A stretch of DNA of 64,000 nt from an uncultured Alphaproteobacteria bacterium (GTDB taxonomy: Bacteria; Pseudomonadota; Alphaproteobacteria; MPNO01; UBA830): positions 6,493 to 70,492 of the forward strand of contig CAJWSW010000006.1 in the NCBI GenBank assembly GCA_913046035.1. The letters run 5' to 3'. The notes below the pieces were generated by a model. That model was not told the origin of the DNA and did not search any database. It saw only the letters and a program-made list of their open reading frames with translations. This document shows, in pieces, positions 31,901 through 41,741 of the stretch. The position numbers and the translations under genes were made by a program. Within the stretch, counting starts at the first letter, position 1, and every line of letters starts with the position of its first letter.

Positions 31901-32015
31901 CGTCTGGTCGTGTCATCGGCGGCAGAGCGTGAAACGCCCTGAAGATATACGCAGACCCGTCTACTAAATAGACGTGATTGCACCCCGCATCGGCTTCCTG
32001 TTCCTTGACCATCAA
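28968..32015 (-). CDS. polA: DNA polymerase I with an extra thumb-like insertion in the 5'-3' nuclease domain
   Basis: 5' nuclease (VDGS, YKANR, EADD, SSDKD, GDSTDN), 3'-5' exo (DTET, HNIKYD, YAAED), polymerase motifs A DYSQIELR, B RAKAINFGIIYG, C VHDE; 1015 aa. Confidence 0.97.
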   Translation of the reverse strand: MMVKEQEADAGCNHVYLVDGSAYIFRAFHALPPMTRPDGTPVNAVFGFTNMLTKLVEDSGASFLAVIFDTARKTFRTEIYPDYKANRPPPPDELVPQFELIREATRAYSLPCLEMEGFEADDLIATYAKLAVEQGYEVTIVSSDKDLMQLVGPRVRMMDPMKNRFIGPEEVVEKFGVGPENVVDVQALLGDSTDNVPGIKGIGEAPAAALVREYGDLEKILEAVQNTDAVKADAVLKAETCQKRIYEIAGREFGIGSPKQLKEVLIDELNLPVPKDKKSGKPTTNAAALNELAASGYEIAQQIIDYRFYSKVNTSYAELLYEEQGIARVSRELVTLRADVPVKGDIAQFQKKRPDPEVLIPWLEKQGFKSALSRALSEFGVEAENSNPDAVTAPGEGAYELVQEEDALQGWIDEIQLAGVFAFDTETNSLDAMQADLVGLSLSVQGGRACYVPVAHISAGNQGNDELDLGAIRSNVSPELPKQLARTRVIEMLKPLLEDPGILKVGHNIKYDMQVMARYGVEVGPIDDTMLLSYVLEGGLHGHGLDELAALHLGHTNIKFSEVAGTGKNQVSFDHVPLDKALDYAAEDAEVTGRLYRQLKPRISEERMTSVYETMERRLVPVLSDMERAGIIVDATFLKELSGDFEKRTADIAEDIYKLAGHEFNIGSPKQLGEVLFDEMGIQGGKKTKTGAYGTGADVLEGLAAEGLDLPRRVLDWRQLSKLRSTYTDALIKQINPATKRIHTSYAQAIASTGRLSSTDPNLQNIPIRTEEGRKIRQAFVPEKGHVLLSADYSQIELRLLAHVAGIEALREAFRDGKDIHAMTASEVFGIPIENMEPSVRSRAKAINFGIIYGISPFGLARQLSIPQGEAKQYIDNYFKKFPGIRDYMETTKTFAREHGFVQTIFGRKCHTPGINDKNPARRNFSERAAINAPLQGAAADIIKRAMIGIPETLKELGLGARMLLQVHDELIFEVPEGEVDETTAIVTKKMEGAADLELPLVVDTGTGLNWDEAH
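31056..31283 (-). repeat. Second copy of the Pol I thumb subdomain (aa 245-320), homologous to 29823-30050 (aa 656-731)
   Basis: Gapless 76-aa alignment IYEIAGREFGIGSPKQLKEVLIDE...DYRFYSKVNTSY vs IYKLAGHEFNIGSPKQLGEVLFDE...DWRQLSKLRSTY; 34/76 identical by manual count. Confidence 0.93.
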
Positions 32016-32111
32016 TTAAGTATCCCATCGACCTGCATCAGTGAGAAGCATGCAGATTTGTTTTAATAGAGTCGAGAATCCGCCGACAAAATTTCTGTTT
32101 TCTAAGCGGCC

Positions 32112-33092
32112 TCAAGGTTTAAGTACTATCTTTCCTTGCAAACTTCGGGCGTCAAGCGCCTCATGTGCTTTGCGCGCCTCAAAAATTGGCATCCGCGCAT
32201 GTATCGCTGGCTTCAAATTACCGGATGCAAACCGGTCGAGAACTGTACGAAGAATTCGCGCGCGCTCCTCTGGTGCTTTATCGAACGAATGCCATGAAAA
32301 ACACCGGATACCTGGACTTTTGCCGAGATTTGCGCGCATCGCTGAAAATGTCTCATCTTTAGGAAGGCCCGCAAGCGCATTGAACGAGACAATTGTGCCA
32401 AGAGGCGCCAGCATTGGGATTGTATCTGTAAATCTCGGCCCTATTAACTGGTCAAGTGCTAAGTCAACACCGCGGCCGTTGGTAATTTCAAGAATGCGTT
32501 GAGGCACGTTTTCCCTTGAGTAGTCAATCGTATAGTCTGCACCTCGTTCGGCCGTAAAGGCGCATTTTTCACGGGAACTTGCGCCAGCTATTGTGGTCAT
32601 TCCAAGATCACGAGCAAGATCAACAACCGCCGACCCGACCCCACCCGCAGCACCGTTTATATATACTATGCGATCTCCACCTCCAGGGGCGACTTCTTTT
32701 AGAAGGCACCACGCGATCGCATAGTTCGGAATGCATACCGCGTCGTCCAAATCAACATTCGTAGGGAGCGCGGTAATGATATCAGTGGACGCTACGGTAA
32801 ATTCCGCATGCCGCCCACCGCCAGTTCCAAATACCAGTACAGGTTGACCAACATTAAAATCGGATACGCCAGGTCCGATAGCGGCCACATAGCCAGTCAC
32901 CTCATTACCTATCACTGCAGGCAGAGCAGGCATCCACTTATAGACACCAGTTCTTAGCAAGACGTCAGGCTTTCCAACACCGAGCGCTGCAGCCTGCACT
33001 AGTACTTCGCCCGGCCCTGGTTCGGGATTGGGTAGGTCGACTAAACGGAGAACCTCAGGGCCACCGGTTTTACAAAATTGGATCGCTTTCAT
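32112..33092 (-). CDS. NADPH:quinone oxidoreductase, MDR/zeta-crystallin family
   Basis: GGPEVL, GAAGGVG nucleotide-binding motif, TNGRGVD, GKIVL C-terminus. Confidence 0.88.
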   Translation of the reverse strand: MKAIQFCKTGGPEVLRLVDLPNPEPGPGEVLVQAAALGVGKPDVLLRTGVYKWMPALPAVIGNEVTGYVAAIGPGVSDFNVGQPVLVFGTGGGRHAEFTVASTDIITALPTNVDLDDAVCIPNYAIAWCLLKEVAPGGGDRIVYINGAAGGVGSAVVDLARDLGMTTIAGASSREKCAFTAERGADYTIDYSRENVPQRILEITNGRGVDLALDQLIGPRFTDTIPMLAPLGTIVSFNALAGLPKDETFSAMRANLGKSPGIRCFSWHSFDKAPEERARILRTVLDRFASGNLKPAIHARMPIFEARKAHEALDARSLQGKIVLKP

Positions 33093-33117
33093 TGAGACCT
33101 TCTCTGCATGAGCACTA

Positions 33118-34035
33118 TCATGCCTTCCGGCTCGAGATCGTTACCCCAATGATAATAAGAATTGCGCCAACAATGTGAAAAACTCCTATGCTTTCACCTA
33201 ATAGCGGGATGGCAAAAATCGCGGCATATACTGGAACCAGATACATATAGAAGCCGGCACGGCTAGGCCCTAGCCGGGCGATGGCGCTATTCCATAAAAG
33301 TATTGCGCAGACCGATGGAAAGATAGCTACAAAAACAAGCGAAACTAGCGCCTTTACCGTCCAGATAACTGCTACGCCCGACACTAGTTCATAAAAGAAA
33401 AATGGAACATGACAAAGAGCGCCTACCCCACAGATAATGGTGATGAGCGAAAGCGGATGAAATCCCCCCGGAAGTCGCTTGACCACGACCCCATACCCGG
33501 CAAGGCCAAGATTACAGGCAATCAAGATAGCATCCCCAACGTTAAAGGAGAGATCTACTAGCGTCACAGGATTACCGCGCGCGACAATATAGAGTACGCC
33601 TGCTATTGCAACGACAATGCCTACCCATTGGATCCCGTTTGTCTTTTCGTTCAAAAACACCCACGAAAGCAAAACAATCATTACCGGCATGGAGGTTTGG
33701 ATAACACCACCGTTTATTGCCTCGGTGTAGGTCAACGCCACATATGTGACGCCAGCTCCCATGAAAGGCATCAAAAAGCCAGCAAGGCATAACAGCTTCC
33801 AGCTTCCTCTTATGCGCTCTGCGTCAGCCCTTATTGGCCGCAGCGCGAACGGGAGCAGGATAAGGGTTCCGGCGGTCCATCGAACAAAGCCAAGAACATA
33901 GGGCTGCACATCGCCAGCAACCCAGCGGCCGACTACGTAGTTCAGCCCGAAAATAAGTACGGCGACTAGCATCATCGCGTGAGGAACGCCTTCGCGAGCC
34001 ATGAGAGATGGATCAGTGCCAGTTGAATTGCGCAC
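33118..34035 (-). CDS. DMT/EamA family transporter
   Basis: About 10 TM helices in two EamA repeats; start may be 34002. Confidence 0.88.
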   Translation of the reverse strand: MRNSTGTDPSLMAREGVPHAMMLVAVLIFGLNYVVGRWVAGDVQPYVLGFVRWTAGTLILLPFALRPIRADAERIRGSWKLLCLAGFLMPFMGAGVTYVALTYTEAINGGVIQTSMPVMIVLLSWVFLNEKTNGIQWVGIVVAIAGVLYIVARGNPVTLVDLSFNVGDAILIACNLGLAGYGVVVKRLPGGFHPLSLITIICGVGALCHVPFFFYELVSGVAVIWTVKALVSLVFVAIFPSVCAILLWNSAIARLGPSRAGFYMYLVPVYAAIFAIPLLGESIGVFHIVGAILIIIGVTISSRKA

Positions 34036-34432
34036 GGCGGGGTAAATATCCCTTTGCTTCCTATAAAACTAGGATAACAGGTGACCATTAAGCAGCAAAC
34101 GAAATGTCACAGACGCCAAGCATTTGTTGAGTATCGAAAGCCCTGTACCGCACCAGTGATTTTGTTTGCTGATCTATGTTATGCCATTGTAATGCAGCCG
34201 GGATTTTCACAGCATGAGTTGAACTCAACGTTGCATAAGAATTTAAGTTTAAGTGTTTAACCTTGCAGATGCCCGCGATAGCGCATCATAACATTTTTAT
34301 TTGGGGCAATAATAAAGGTGTTTAGACGGCACTACATTGATACGCTAGTAAGAGCCAAGCCAGACCGTTATCGCGTCGATATTAAGGTCTGGCAACTAAG
34401 TTGCACAAACAGATTAATGATGTGAACTCATA

Positions 34433-34463
34433 GGTCTGTCGCCCTTAAAACGGGTGACAGACC
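34433..34463. terminator. Hairpin just downstream of acnA
   Basis: GGTCTGTCGCCC-N7-GGGTGACAGACC 12-bp stem 15 nt past the acnA stop; no clear U-tract. Confidence 0.5.
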
Positions 34464-34478
34464 ACGTTGTTTGGTTGC

Positions 34479-37178
34479 TTATGCCGCGTCTAACATATTT
34501 CGGATCACATACTGAAGTATGCCGCCATTCTTGTAGTAATCGAGCTCGTCTAAAGTGTCGATACGACAACGCAGATTAATATCGATACTTGTGCCGTCTG
34601 CGCGACGGATTGTGCAGATTAAATCCGATCGCGGTGCAAGACCATCAGTCACACCTTTGATATCGAACATCTCTGTGCCATCCAAACCCAGCGTCTCACG
34701 CGTGTCACTGCCAGTGAACTGAAGTGGTAACACTCCCATACCGATCAAATTAGACCGATGAATACGCTCAAAGCTCTCAACAATCACAGCCCTTGCCCCC
34801 AGCAATGTAGTGCCTTTGGCAGCCCAATCGCGTGAAGATCCTGTTCCATATTCCTTACCCCCGACAATAACCAAAGGAACACCCTCTGCCGCATATTTCA
34901 TTGCCGCGTCATAGACCGGCATTTCCTCGCCGGAAGGCTGATGCTTTGTAAAGCCGCCTTCAACTCCTGGCACCATTTCATTTCGTATTCGGATATTAGC
35001 GAAGGTACCTCGCATCATCACCTCATGGTTGCCGCGCCGCGAACCATAGGAATTGAACTGTGCTGGCCGGATTTGACGTTCAAGCAGGTATTCACCGGCT
35101 GGGCTTTCACGCTGGATCGAACCAGCTGGCGAGATGTGATCGGTGGTTACCGAATCCGATAGGATAAGAAGCGGCCTGGCACCGACTATGTCTTCAACCG
35201 CATCGGGCTCCCGTTCCATGCCCTCGAAAAAAGTTGGATACTTCACGTAGGTGCTATTCTCCTGCCAGCTGTAAGTTTCGGATTTAACGCTGTCGATTGA
35301 CTGCCATTCCTTCGGCCCTTCGAACACATTGTCATAGCGAGCACGATACATCTCAGCCGTCAAACACTCACGAATGGTGTTTTGAACTTCGTGGTTCGTA
35401 GGCCAGATGTCCCTTAGGTAGACTGGTTGCCCGTCAGCGTCTTTGCCCAGTGGGTCAACCGAAAGGTTGGTTTTGAGCGACCCCGCCAGTGCATAGGCAA
35501 CCACTAATGGAGGGGATGCAAGGAAGTTCGCGCGTACCTGCTGATGAACTCGGCCTTCGAAGTTACGGTTTCCCGAAAGCACCGCTCCCGCAACTAGGTC
35601 TCTTTCATCAATTTGGGCGGCAACTCGATCAGGTAGCGGGCCAGAGTTCCCGATGCATGTAGTGCACCCGAAACCAACAATATTAAAACCGAGCGCATCG
35701 AGGTAAGCCTGCAGTTCGGCCTTCTCGAGATAGTCCTTCACTACCTGACTACCGGGCGCAAGAGATGTTTTTACCCATGGTTTAGCCTTCAGACCCCTCG
35801 CGACTGCATTGCGAGCCAAAAGCCCGGCAGCCACCAACACAGACGGATTTGACGTGTTGGTGCAGCTTGTAATGGCTGCGATGACCACGTCGCCATCCTC
35901 GATTTCGAAATCATCGTCGACGTTGCGGGCTAACTGGTCAGTCTCCGCGGGCGTCGCACCACGGTGATCAGAAATAACATCGATCGCGGTCTTCTGCACA
36001 CCAGACAGTACAACCCGATCTTGAGGGCGTTTGGGCCCAGCGAGCGACGGCTCGACCTTGCCCAAATCCAGCTCTAGCGTCGCAGTGAAAACAGGGTCGG
36101 GGGTATCCTCTTCTCGCCACATTCCCTGCGCCCTGGCATAAACCTCGACGAGTTCCACACAATCGTCGTCCCGACCAGTAAATTTGAGGTAATCGCAAGT
36201 TTCGCGGTCTATAGGAAAGAAACCACATGTCGCGCCATATTCGGGCGCCATGTTACCAATGGTGGCGCGGTCGGGCAGCGAAAGCCCATTTAGTCCCGGG
36301 CCATAGAATTCGACAAACTTACCGACCACACCTTCAGCGCGAAGCATTTGCGTAACGGTCAGAACCAAATCAGTTGCTGTTGTTCCTTCTTTCATTTCAC
36401 CGGTCAGTTTGAAACCGACGACCTCAGGAAGCAGCATTGAGATTGGCTGACCTAGCATTGCGGCTTCGGCCTCAATCCCGCCGACGCCCCAGGACAGAAC
36501 TGCGAGGCCGTTGACCATTGTCGTGTGACTATCGGTACCAACCACGGTATCTGGATACGCGATCTGTTTGCCGCTATCGTCTTCTGTAACCCAAACAGTC
36601 TGCGACAGGTACTCTAGGTTGACCTGATGACAGATCCCAGTGCCTGGCGGAACAACGCGGAAATTATTAAATGCTTTTGAACCCCAACTAAGGAATTCGT
36701 ATCGTTCTTTATTGCGATCAAACTCTACTTCAACATTTTTCTCGAATGCGCTGCTAGAACCGAATTCATCTATCATAACTGAATGGTCAATTACCAAATC
36801 AACCGAATTAAGCGGGTTAATCTTTTGCGGGTCGCCACCTAACGTAAGCATTGCGTCACGCATCGCGGCTAGGTCGACCACAGCAGGCACACCGGTAAAA
36901 TCTTGCAGCAGAATACGCGCCGGCCGGTAGGCAATTTCAAGGTCAGACTTTTGCGTTTCCACCCATTTTGCCGCTTGTTCAATATCGCTGACTGATACCG
37001 AACGACCGTCTTCGTAACGCAGCAAGTTTTCGAGAAGAACCTTTAGCGAAAACGGTAGTCGAGAAATATCTCCGTACCCGGCGTCAGATATCGCATCTAA
37101 GCTGAAGTAGTCGTAATGTTTTCCGCCGACTTCCAGCGTACGGCGGGCTTTCAGCGTATCCTGTCCGATTGCGCTCAC
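34479..37178 (-). CDS. acnA: Aconitate hydratase A
   Basis: [44 protein letters not shown] start after GAGGAG. Confidence 0.98.
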   Translation of the reverse strand: MSAIGQDTLKARRTLEVGGKHYDYFSLDAISDAGYGDISRLPFSLKVLLENLLRYEDGRSVSVSDIEQAAKWVETQKSDLEIAYRPARILLQDFTGVPAVVDLAAMRDAMLTLGGDPQKINPLNSVDLVIDHSVMIDEFGSSSAFEKNVEVEFDRNKERYEFLSWGSKAFNNFRVVPPGTGICHQVNLEYLSQTVWVTEDDSGKQIAYPDTVVGTDSHTTMVNGLAVLSWGVGGIEAEAAMLGQPISMLLPEVVGFKLTGEMKEGTTATDLVLTVTQMLRAEGVVGKFVEFYGPGLNGLSLPDRATIGNMAPEYGATCGFFPIDRETCDYLKFTGRDDDCVELVEVYARAQGMWREEDTPDPVFTATLELDLGKVEPSLAGPKRPQDRVVLSGVQKTAIDVISDHRGATPAETDQLARNVDDDFEIEDGDVVIAAITSCTNTSNPSVLVAAGLLARNAVARGLKAKPWVKTSLAPGSQVVKDYLEKAELQAYLDALGFNIVGFGCTTCIGNSGPLPDRVAAQIDERDLVAGAVLSGNRNFEGRVHQQVRANFLASPPLVVAYALAGSLKTNLSVDPLGKDADGQPVYLRDIWPTNHEVQNTIRECLTAEMYRARYDNVFEGPKEWQSIDSVKSETYSWQENSTYVKYPTFFEGMEREPDAVEDIVGARPLLILSDSVTTDHISPAGSIQRESPAGEYLLERQIRPAQFNSYGSRRGNHEVMMRGTFANIRIRNEMVPGVEGGFTKHQPSGEEMPVYDAAMKYAAEGVPLVIVGGKEYGTGSSRDWAAKGTTLLGARAVIVESFERIHRSNLIGMGVLPLQFTGSDTRETLGLDGTEMFDIKGVTDGLAPRSDLICTIRRADGTSIDINLRCRIDTLDELDYYKNGGILQYVIRNMLDAA

Positions 37179-37424
37179 GTTTACTCTCCTCATCAAATGA
37201 TCGGGCGAGAAATTAGCCGCAAAAGTTGCTAAATCCAATAGCGACTAGACCTAGGCCTTCTATCGCCCGCTAACAACACTAAATACCTCGCTCAGACCAA
37301 GACCCGTCACAGACCTAGATCCTACCTTGGTAGCTCACGATCGCATTGACTGATACAAATATCCATACATGCTCTGGAAATGCTCCGGATGACGAAACGA
37401 TCTTTTTAGGGTATTGCACGCAGT

Positions 37425-38102
37425 ATGGACGTTTTTTCGGGTGAGGAACTTACCTGCATTAGAAGCGATCGGATCGTATTTGCCGGCTTTAATTTTTCTG
37501 TAAAAGCGGGTGACGCACTGGTGCTGTCTGGGCCAAATGGCTCCGGTAAATCAAGTCTGCTACGCCTAATGGCTGGTATTTCCCGTCCAGCTGCAGGCCA
37601 AATTACCTGGCGCGGCAAGTCCATCACGGAGGATCCAGAACGCTTTTTCTCAGATATGCATTATGTTGGCCATCGCGACGCTGTTAAGCAGGCCTTGTCA
37701 GTTCGCGAAAATCTTATTTTTCATTCTGCCCTACGGTCCGTAACGTCAAACATTGATAATGCTCTTGATCTAACCGGTCTAGCCGCACTCGCCGACGTTC
37801 CGGCACGGATGTTATCGGCCGGTCAGACCCGAAGACTTGCGCTTGCTCGGATGCTTTCGTCACCCGCACCACTTTGGCTGTTAGACGAGCCAACCGTGGC
37901 ATTAGATACGGTATCGGTTGAAAGACTTCGCGCTGCCATCGCATCTCATCGAAAAGGCGGTGGCATTGTGATTGCATCCACCAACGTGCCACTAAACATC
38001 GAGGATGGAGTATCAGTAGATATTTCCACTTTTGCGCGCGAGAACGCTACCCTCTGGAGCAATGGCATCGCGGACGAACTCGGAACAGAAAAACGGATAT
38101 GA
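37425..38102 (+). CDS. ccmA: Heme ABC exporter ATP-binding protein CcmA
   Basis: GPNGSGKS, YVGHRD, LSAGQ, WLLDEP; H-loop reads STN rather than TH. Confidence 0.93.
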   Translation: MDVFSGEELTCIRSDRIVFAGFNFSVKAGDALVLSGPNGSGKSSLLRLMAGISRPAAGQITWRGKSITEDPERFFSDMHYVGHRDAVKQALSVRENLIFHSALRSVTSNIDNALDLTGLAALADVPARMLSAGQTRRLALARMLSSPAPLWLLDEPTVALDTVSVERLRAAIASHRKGGGIVIASTNVPLNIEDGVSVDISTFARENATLWSNGIADELGTEKRI

Positions 38103-38764
38103 CGGCATTTTTCGCTCTTATCAAACGCGACATTCGCATAGCACTGCGACAATTGAGCGATACCCTGATTGTTATAGTTTTCTTCGTTATCTCAGCGTCG
38201 CTATTTCCCTTCGGAGTCGGCGCTGAGCCAAACCTGTTAGCTCGGATGGCTCCAGGAGTTCTATGGGTAACAGCTCTTTTGTCCGCTATGCTCTCTTTCG
38301 ACCGCCTTTTCCAAAACGACTTCGAAGACGGAACCCTGGAGTTATTAGTAATTGCACCGCAACCACTTTGGCTAAGTGCGCTTGCTAAGATCGCCGCGCA
38401 TTGGATTACGACTGGCTTCCCGGTGTTATTAGTAGCTCCACTGATTGGTATAATGCTCAATCTCAAACCTGAAGGACTTGCAGTTCTCCTAGCAGCGATG
38501 GCTCTGGGAACCTCTATTATTAGCCTCATAGGGGCGCTAGGCGCAGCTCTAACACTGGGTTCCCGTAGAAGCGGCGTCTTGTTGTCTTTGCTTATTTTGC
38601 CCCTTGCTGTACCGGTTTTGATTTTTGGGTCCGGCGCGGTCGAAGCATCGATCGGGGGATATCCTGTTTCTCAGCAGCTTTTGATGCTGAGCGGATTACT
38701 ATTAGCCTGTCTCGTTCTGTGCCCATGGGGATGTGCTGCAGCGCTCAGGATAGCTAATGAATAA
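38099..38764 (+). CDS. ccmB: Heme exporter protein CcmB
   Basis: LFPFGVG, DFEDGTLE, LLILPL..PVLIFG. Confidence 0.95.
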   Translation: MTAFFALIKRDIRIALRQLSDTLIVIVFFVISASLFPFGVGAEPNLLARMAPGVLWVTALLSAMLSFDRLFQNDFEDGTLELLVIAPQPLWLSALAKIAAHWITTGFPVLLVAPLIGIMLNLKPEGLAVLLAAMALGTSIISLIGALGAALTLGSRRSGVLLSLLILPLAVPVLIFGSGAVEASIGGYPVSQQLLMLSGLLLACLVLCPWGCAAALRIANE

Positions 38765-38968
38765 AATAGTTTGGACGAGGTTAATGGGCGCAAAGCGCCA
38801 AATTTCTCGGGCTTAATGCGCGGTCGCAATACAAAAATTTGCCAATATCCATGGCACTGCCTTGAAATTTCTTCAATCTCTGCCATTTAGCGGATAAACC
38901 TTGTAGATTTAAGGTTAATTTATAGCAAACTCGCAGTACCGCCTGAAACAGATAGGCAACAGTTCGGA

Positions 38969-39706
38969 ATGCTCCAGAAATACGCTAACCCCAAACGCTT
39001 TTTAACACTTGCCAATTCAGTCCTTCCATGGACTACTTGCGCCACTGTAATTCTAATTGTTGCAGGGCTCTATTTCGCCTTTGCCGCCTCCCCCCCGGAT
39101 TATCAGCAGGGGCAAACTGTCCGAATAATGTATGTGCACGTGCCATCGGCCTGGATGGCTATGTTTGCCTACGCTTTTATTGTGGTGGCCAGCGCCGTTG
39201 GGCTGATCTGGAAACACCCTGTAGCGCATGTGGGGGCACTTGCTGCTGCACCGATTGGCGCTTGTTTTACGCTGATATGCCTCGCAACGGGCTCGCTTTG
39301 GGGTAAACCGATGTGGGGTACTTGGTGGGTGTGGGATGCACGCCTAACCTCAGTCCTTATTTTGTTTTTTCTTTATTTGGGTTTCATCGCACTGGCAAAC
39401 GCATTTGACGACTCCAGTCGCGGTGAGAAAGCATCGGCCATTCTGGCATTGATCGGCGGCATCAATCTACCAATCATCAAATTTTCGGTAGACTGGTGGA
39501 ATACATTACATCAACCCGCCAGTGTCTCTAAAATAGACATGCCATCAATCCATTCGTCAATGCTGACGCCCCTACTCTTAATGGGAATTGGCTTCACGGC
39601 TCTTTTCGTGACACTCGTGATTATCCGTGTGCGCGCCGAGCTTGCATCACGGCGCATCAATGCTCTACGCGCCGCCAAAATTCACGCTGAGGTTGCCGGC
39701 GGTTAG
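38969..39706 (+). CDS. ccmC: Heme ABC transporter permease CcmC
   Basis: YVHVP, WGKPMWGTWWVWDARL (WWD), WWNTLHQ. Confidence 0.97.
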   Translation: MLQKYANPKRFLTLANSVLPWTTCATVILIVAGLYFAFAASPPDYQQGQTVRIMYVHVPSAWMAMFAYAFIVVASAVGLIWKHPVAHVGALAAAPIGACFTLICLATGSLWGKPMWGTWWVWDARLTSVLILFFLYLGFIALANAFDDSSRGEKASAILALIGGINLPIIKFSVDWWNTLHQPASVSKIDMPSIHSSMLTPLLLMGIGFTALFVTLVIIRVRAELASRRINALRAAKIHAEVAGG

Positions 39707-39875
39707 ATAAAGGTCTCTATTAAAGGGCGGTCCAGCAATCTTAAGTTCTGGACCCGAAAAGACAGCAGACACTGCCTTAGTGCGGAGTGGAATGAAACAG
39801 GTCAATTTTAACAGAAATAGAAAATCAACGTCCTGATGCAAATTAAAATACTTAAAAAGAAGTGCAGCCAACGCA

Positions 39876-40070
39876 ATGACTGAAGTGTTCAATATGGGCG
39901 AGTATAGTATGTATATCTGGCCGGCCTGGGGCTTCGCGGTGCTTGTGTTGGGGGGTTTAGTTATTGCGAGCGTCCGAGTTATGCAGGCGCGTGAGCGTGA
40001 ACTTGCAGAACTTGAAGCGGCAAAACCACGTCGGCGGCGCCAAAAGAATCCAGAAGGGAAATCCGCGTGA
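39876..40070 (+). CDS. ccmD: Heme exporter protein CcmD
   Basis: MGEY..YIWPAWG, single TM and charged tail; GTGA overlap with ccmE. Confidence 0.88.
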   Translation: MTEVFNMGEYSMYIWPAWGFAVLVLGGLVIASVRVMQARERELAELEAAKPRRRRQKNPEGKSA

Positions 40071-40516
40071 CCCGAAAACGCCGCCGCCTAACAGTTGTCC
40101 TACTCGGCGGGCTCGCGCTTGCAACCGCAGCTGCACTGGTGCTGGCCGCATTCGAAGACAATATCGTTTTCTTCCATAGCCCTAGCGACATCGCCACAAA
40201 GAAAGAGCTTGGTATCGACCGCAGGCTTCGTTTGGGCGGGCTGGTAAAACCAGAAAGTTGGAAAAAGGCCCAGGACGGACTCACCCATAACTTTGCTATC
40301 ACGGACCTCAGCCATGAAGTCCCTGTTGTCTACAAAGGTATTATACCCGACCTATTCCGCGAAGGGCAGGGCGTCGTTGTTGAGGGGCGCCTGCAGTCCA
40401 ATGGTAGTTTTCGCGCAGACGAAGTATTAGCTAAACATGATGAAAATTATATGCCGCCAGAAGTCGCCGAAGCACTCCGAAAATCTGGAAAGTGGAAAGG
40501 TGGGGCGGATCAATAA
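40067..40516 (+). CDS. ccmE: Cytochrome c maturation protein CcmE
   Basis: PDLFREGQGVV and LAKHDENYMPPE. Confidence 0.97.
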   Translation: MTRKRRRLTVVLLGGLALATAAALVLAAFEDNIVFFHSPSDIATKKELGIDRRLRLGGLVKPESWKKAQDGLTHNFAITDLSHEVPVVYKGIIPDLFREGQGVVVEGRLQSNGSFRADEVLAKHDENYMPPEVAEALRKSGKWKGGADQ

Positions 40517-40723
40517 GAAGTTGGTTTTACCACAACCGTGCTGTACCACCTACCAACTTAAGGGGGATGATCTGCTAATGCCGAGCCAAGTTCGTTGAAG
40601 CAACAACTGATTGGCATCACGTTGTCTGTACTCCAAAGCTGATCGACCGGTTCTTAAGCAATACCATTGCCTGGTTCAATTTGAGACCCGCGACAATCCG
40701 TTGGCATTATTTAAAAATTTGAC

Positions 40724-41335
40724 TTAAACCGGTTGCCGTGCCTTCAACGCCGCCAACAGTGTTCCATCGTCCAAGTAATCCAGCTCGCCTCCCACTGGCA
40801 CGCCGTGTGCGAGCCTCGTTATCCTCAAAGTAAGACCCTTTTCGTCGCTGAGATCTTCCAGGCGGTCGGTAATGTAATGCGCAGTCGTCTGCCCATCGAC
40901 GGTAGCCGAAGTTGCGAGAATGGCCTCGGAAATTTTTTCATCAGCAACGCGAGATATCAGCGATGAGATGTTAAGATCTTCTGGCCCTCGGCCGTCAAGC
41001 GCCGAGAGCGTTCCGCCTATAACGTGATAAGTGCCTCGGAATGATGCTGATCGTTCCAATGCCCAGAGATCTGCGACGTCCTCAACAATGCAAACCTGTC
41101 CACGGTCTCGGCGTGTATCGGTGCATATGCCGCACGGGTCTGTCGCGTCTAAATTGCCACACACACTACAGGTGGTTACCGATCGTGCCGCACCTTCCAT
41201 CGCTGCAGCTAACGGATCAAGTAGCGAATCGCGACGCTTTATGAGATGCAATGCCGCACGCCGCGCTGAACGGGGTCCGAGACCAGGCAATTTAGCTAAC
41301 AATTGTATCAGTCGTTCGATCTCAACCGAGGACAT
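40724..41335 (-). CDS. recR: Recombination mediator RecR
   Basis: [10 protein letters not shown]4 zinc finger, [12 protein letters not shown]. Confidence 0.97.
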   Translation of the reverse strand: MSSVEIERLIQLLAKLPGLGPRSARRAALHLIKRRDSLLDPLAAAMEGAARSVTTCSVCGNLDATDPCGICTDTRRDRGQVCIVEDVADLWALERSASFRGTYHVIGGTLSALDGRGPEDLNISSLISRVADEKISEAILATSATVDGQTTAHYITDRLEDLSDEKGLTLRITRLAHGVPVGGELDYLDDGTLLAALKARQPV

Positions 41336-41417
41336 CTCAACTAATACCCAGCGCGCCGAAAATTAAAGTCGTTTCTTCCGCGAACGTCATGAAACGATCT
41401 GATATTGTGATCTTTTA

Positions 41418-41741
41418 TCAAAACGGTAGTTTCATGCCAGGCGGCAGATTGAGACCGCCAGTTACTCCCGCCATCTTTTCCTGCATATGGGTTTCAGCCT
41501 TGGCTCTGGCATCATTAAAAGCAGCTACTATCAGATCTTCAACGACTTCAGCATCTTCACTGTTGTAGAGCGATGGATCGATCTTTACATTGCGCACCTC
41601 GGATTTGCCATTCATGGTGACTGTCACCATGCCGCCACCGGCTCTGCCAGAAATTTCCACTTCGGCCAGTTTATCCTGCATTTCCTGCATTTTCGTCTGC
41701 ATTTCCTGTGCTTGTTTCATAAGGTTGCCGAGATTCTTCAT
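41418..41741 (-). CDS. ybaB: YbaB/EbfC nucleoid-associated protein
   Basis: MKQAQEMQ, GGGMV, EDLIVAAFNDA; dnaX-ybaB-recR synteny. Confidence 0.96.
   Translation of the reverse strand: MKNLGNLMKQAQEMQTKMQEMQDKLAEVEISGRAGGGMVTVTMNGKSEVRNVKIDPSLYNSEDAEVVEDLIVAAFNDARAKAETHMQEKMAGVTGGLNLPPGMKLPF

Noticed and set aside
40517..40723. ccmF remnant after ccmE (GGGGG-ATG-ATC at about 40562)
   Set aside because: Frame closes after three codons and no CcmF-like sequence is recognisable
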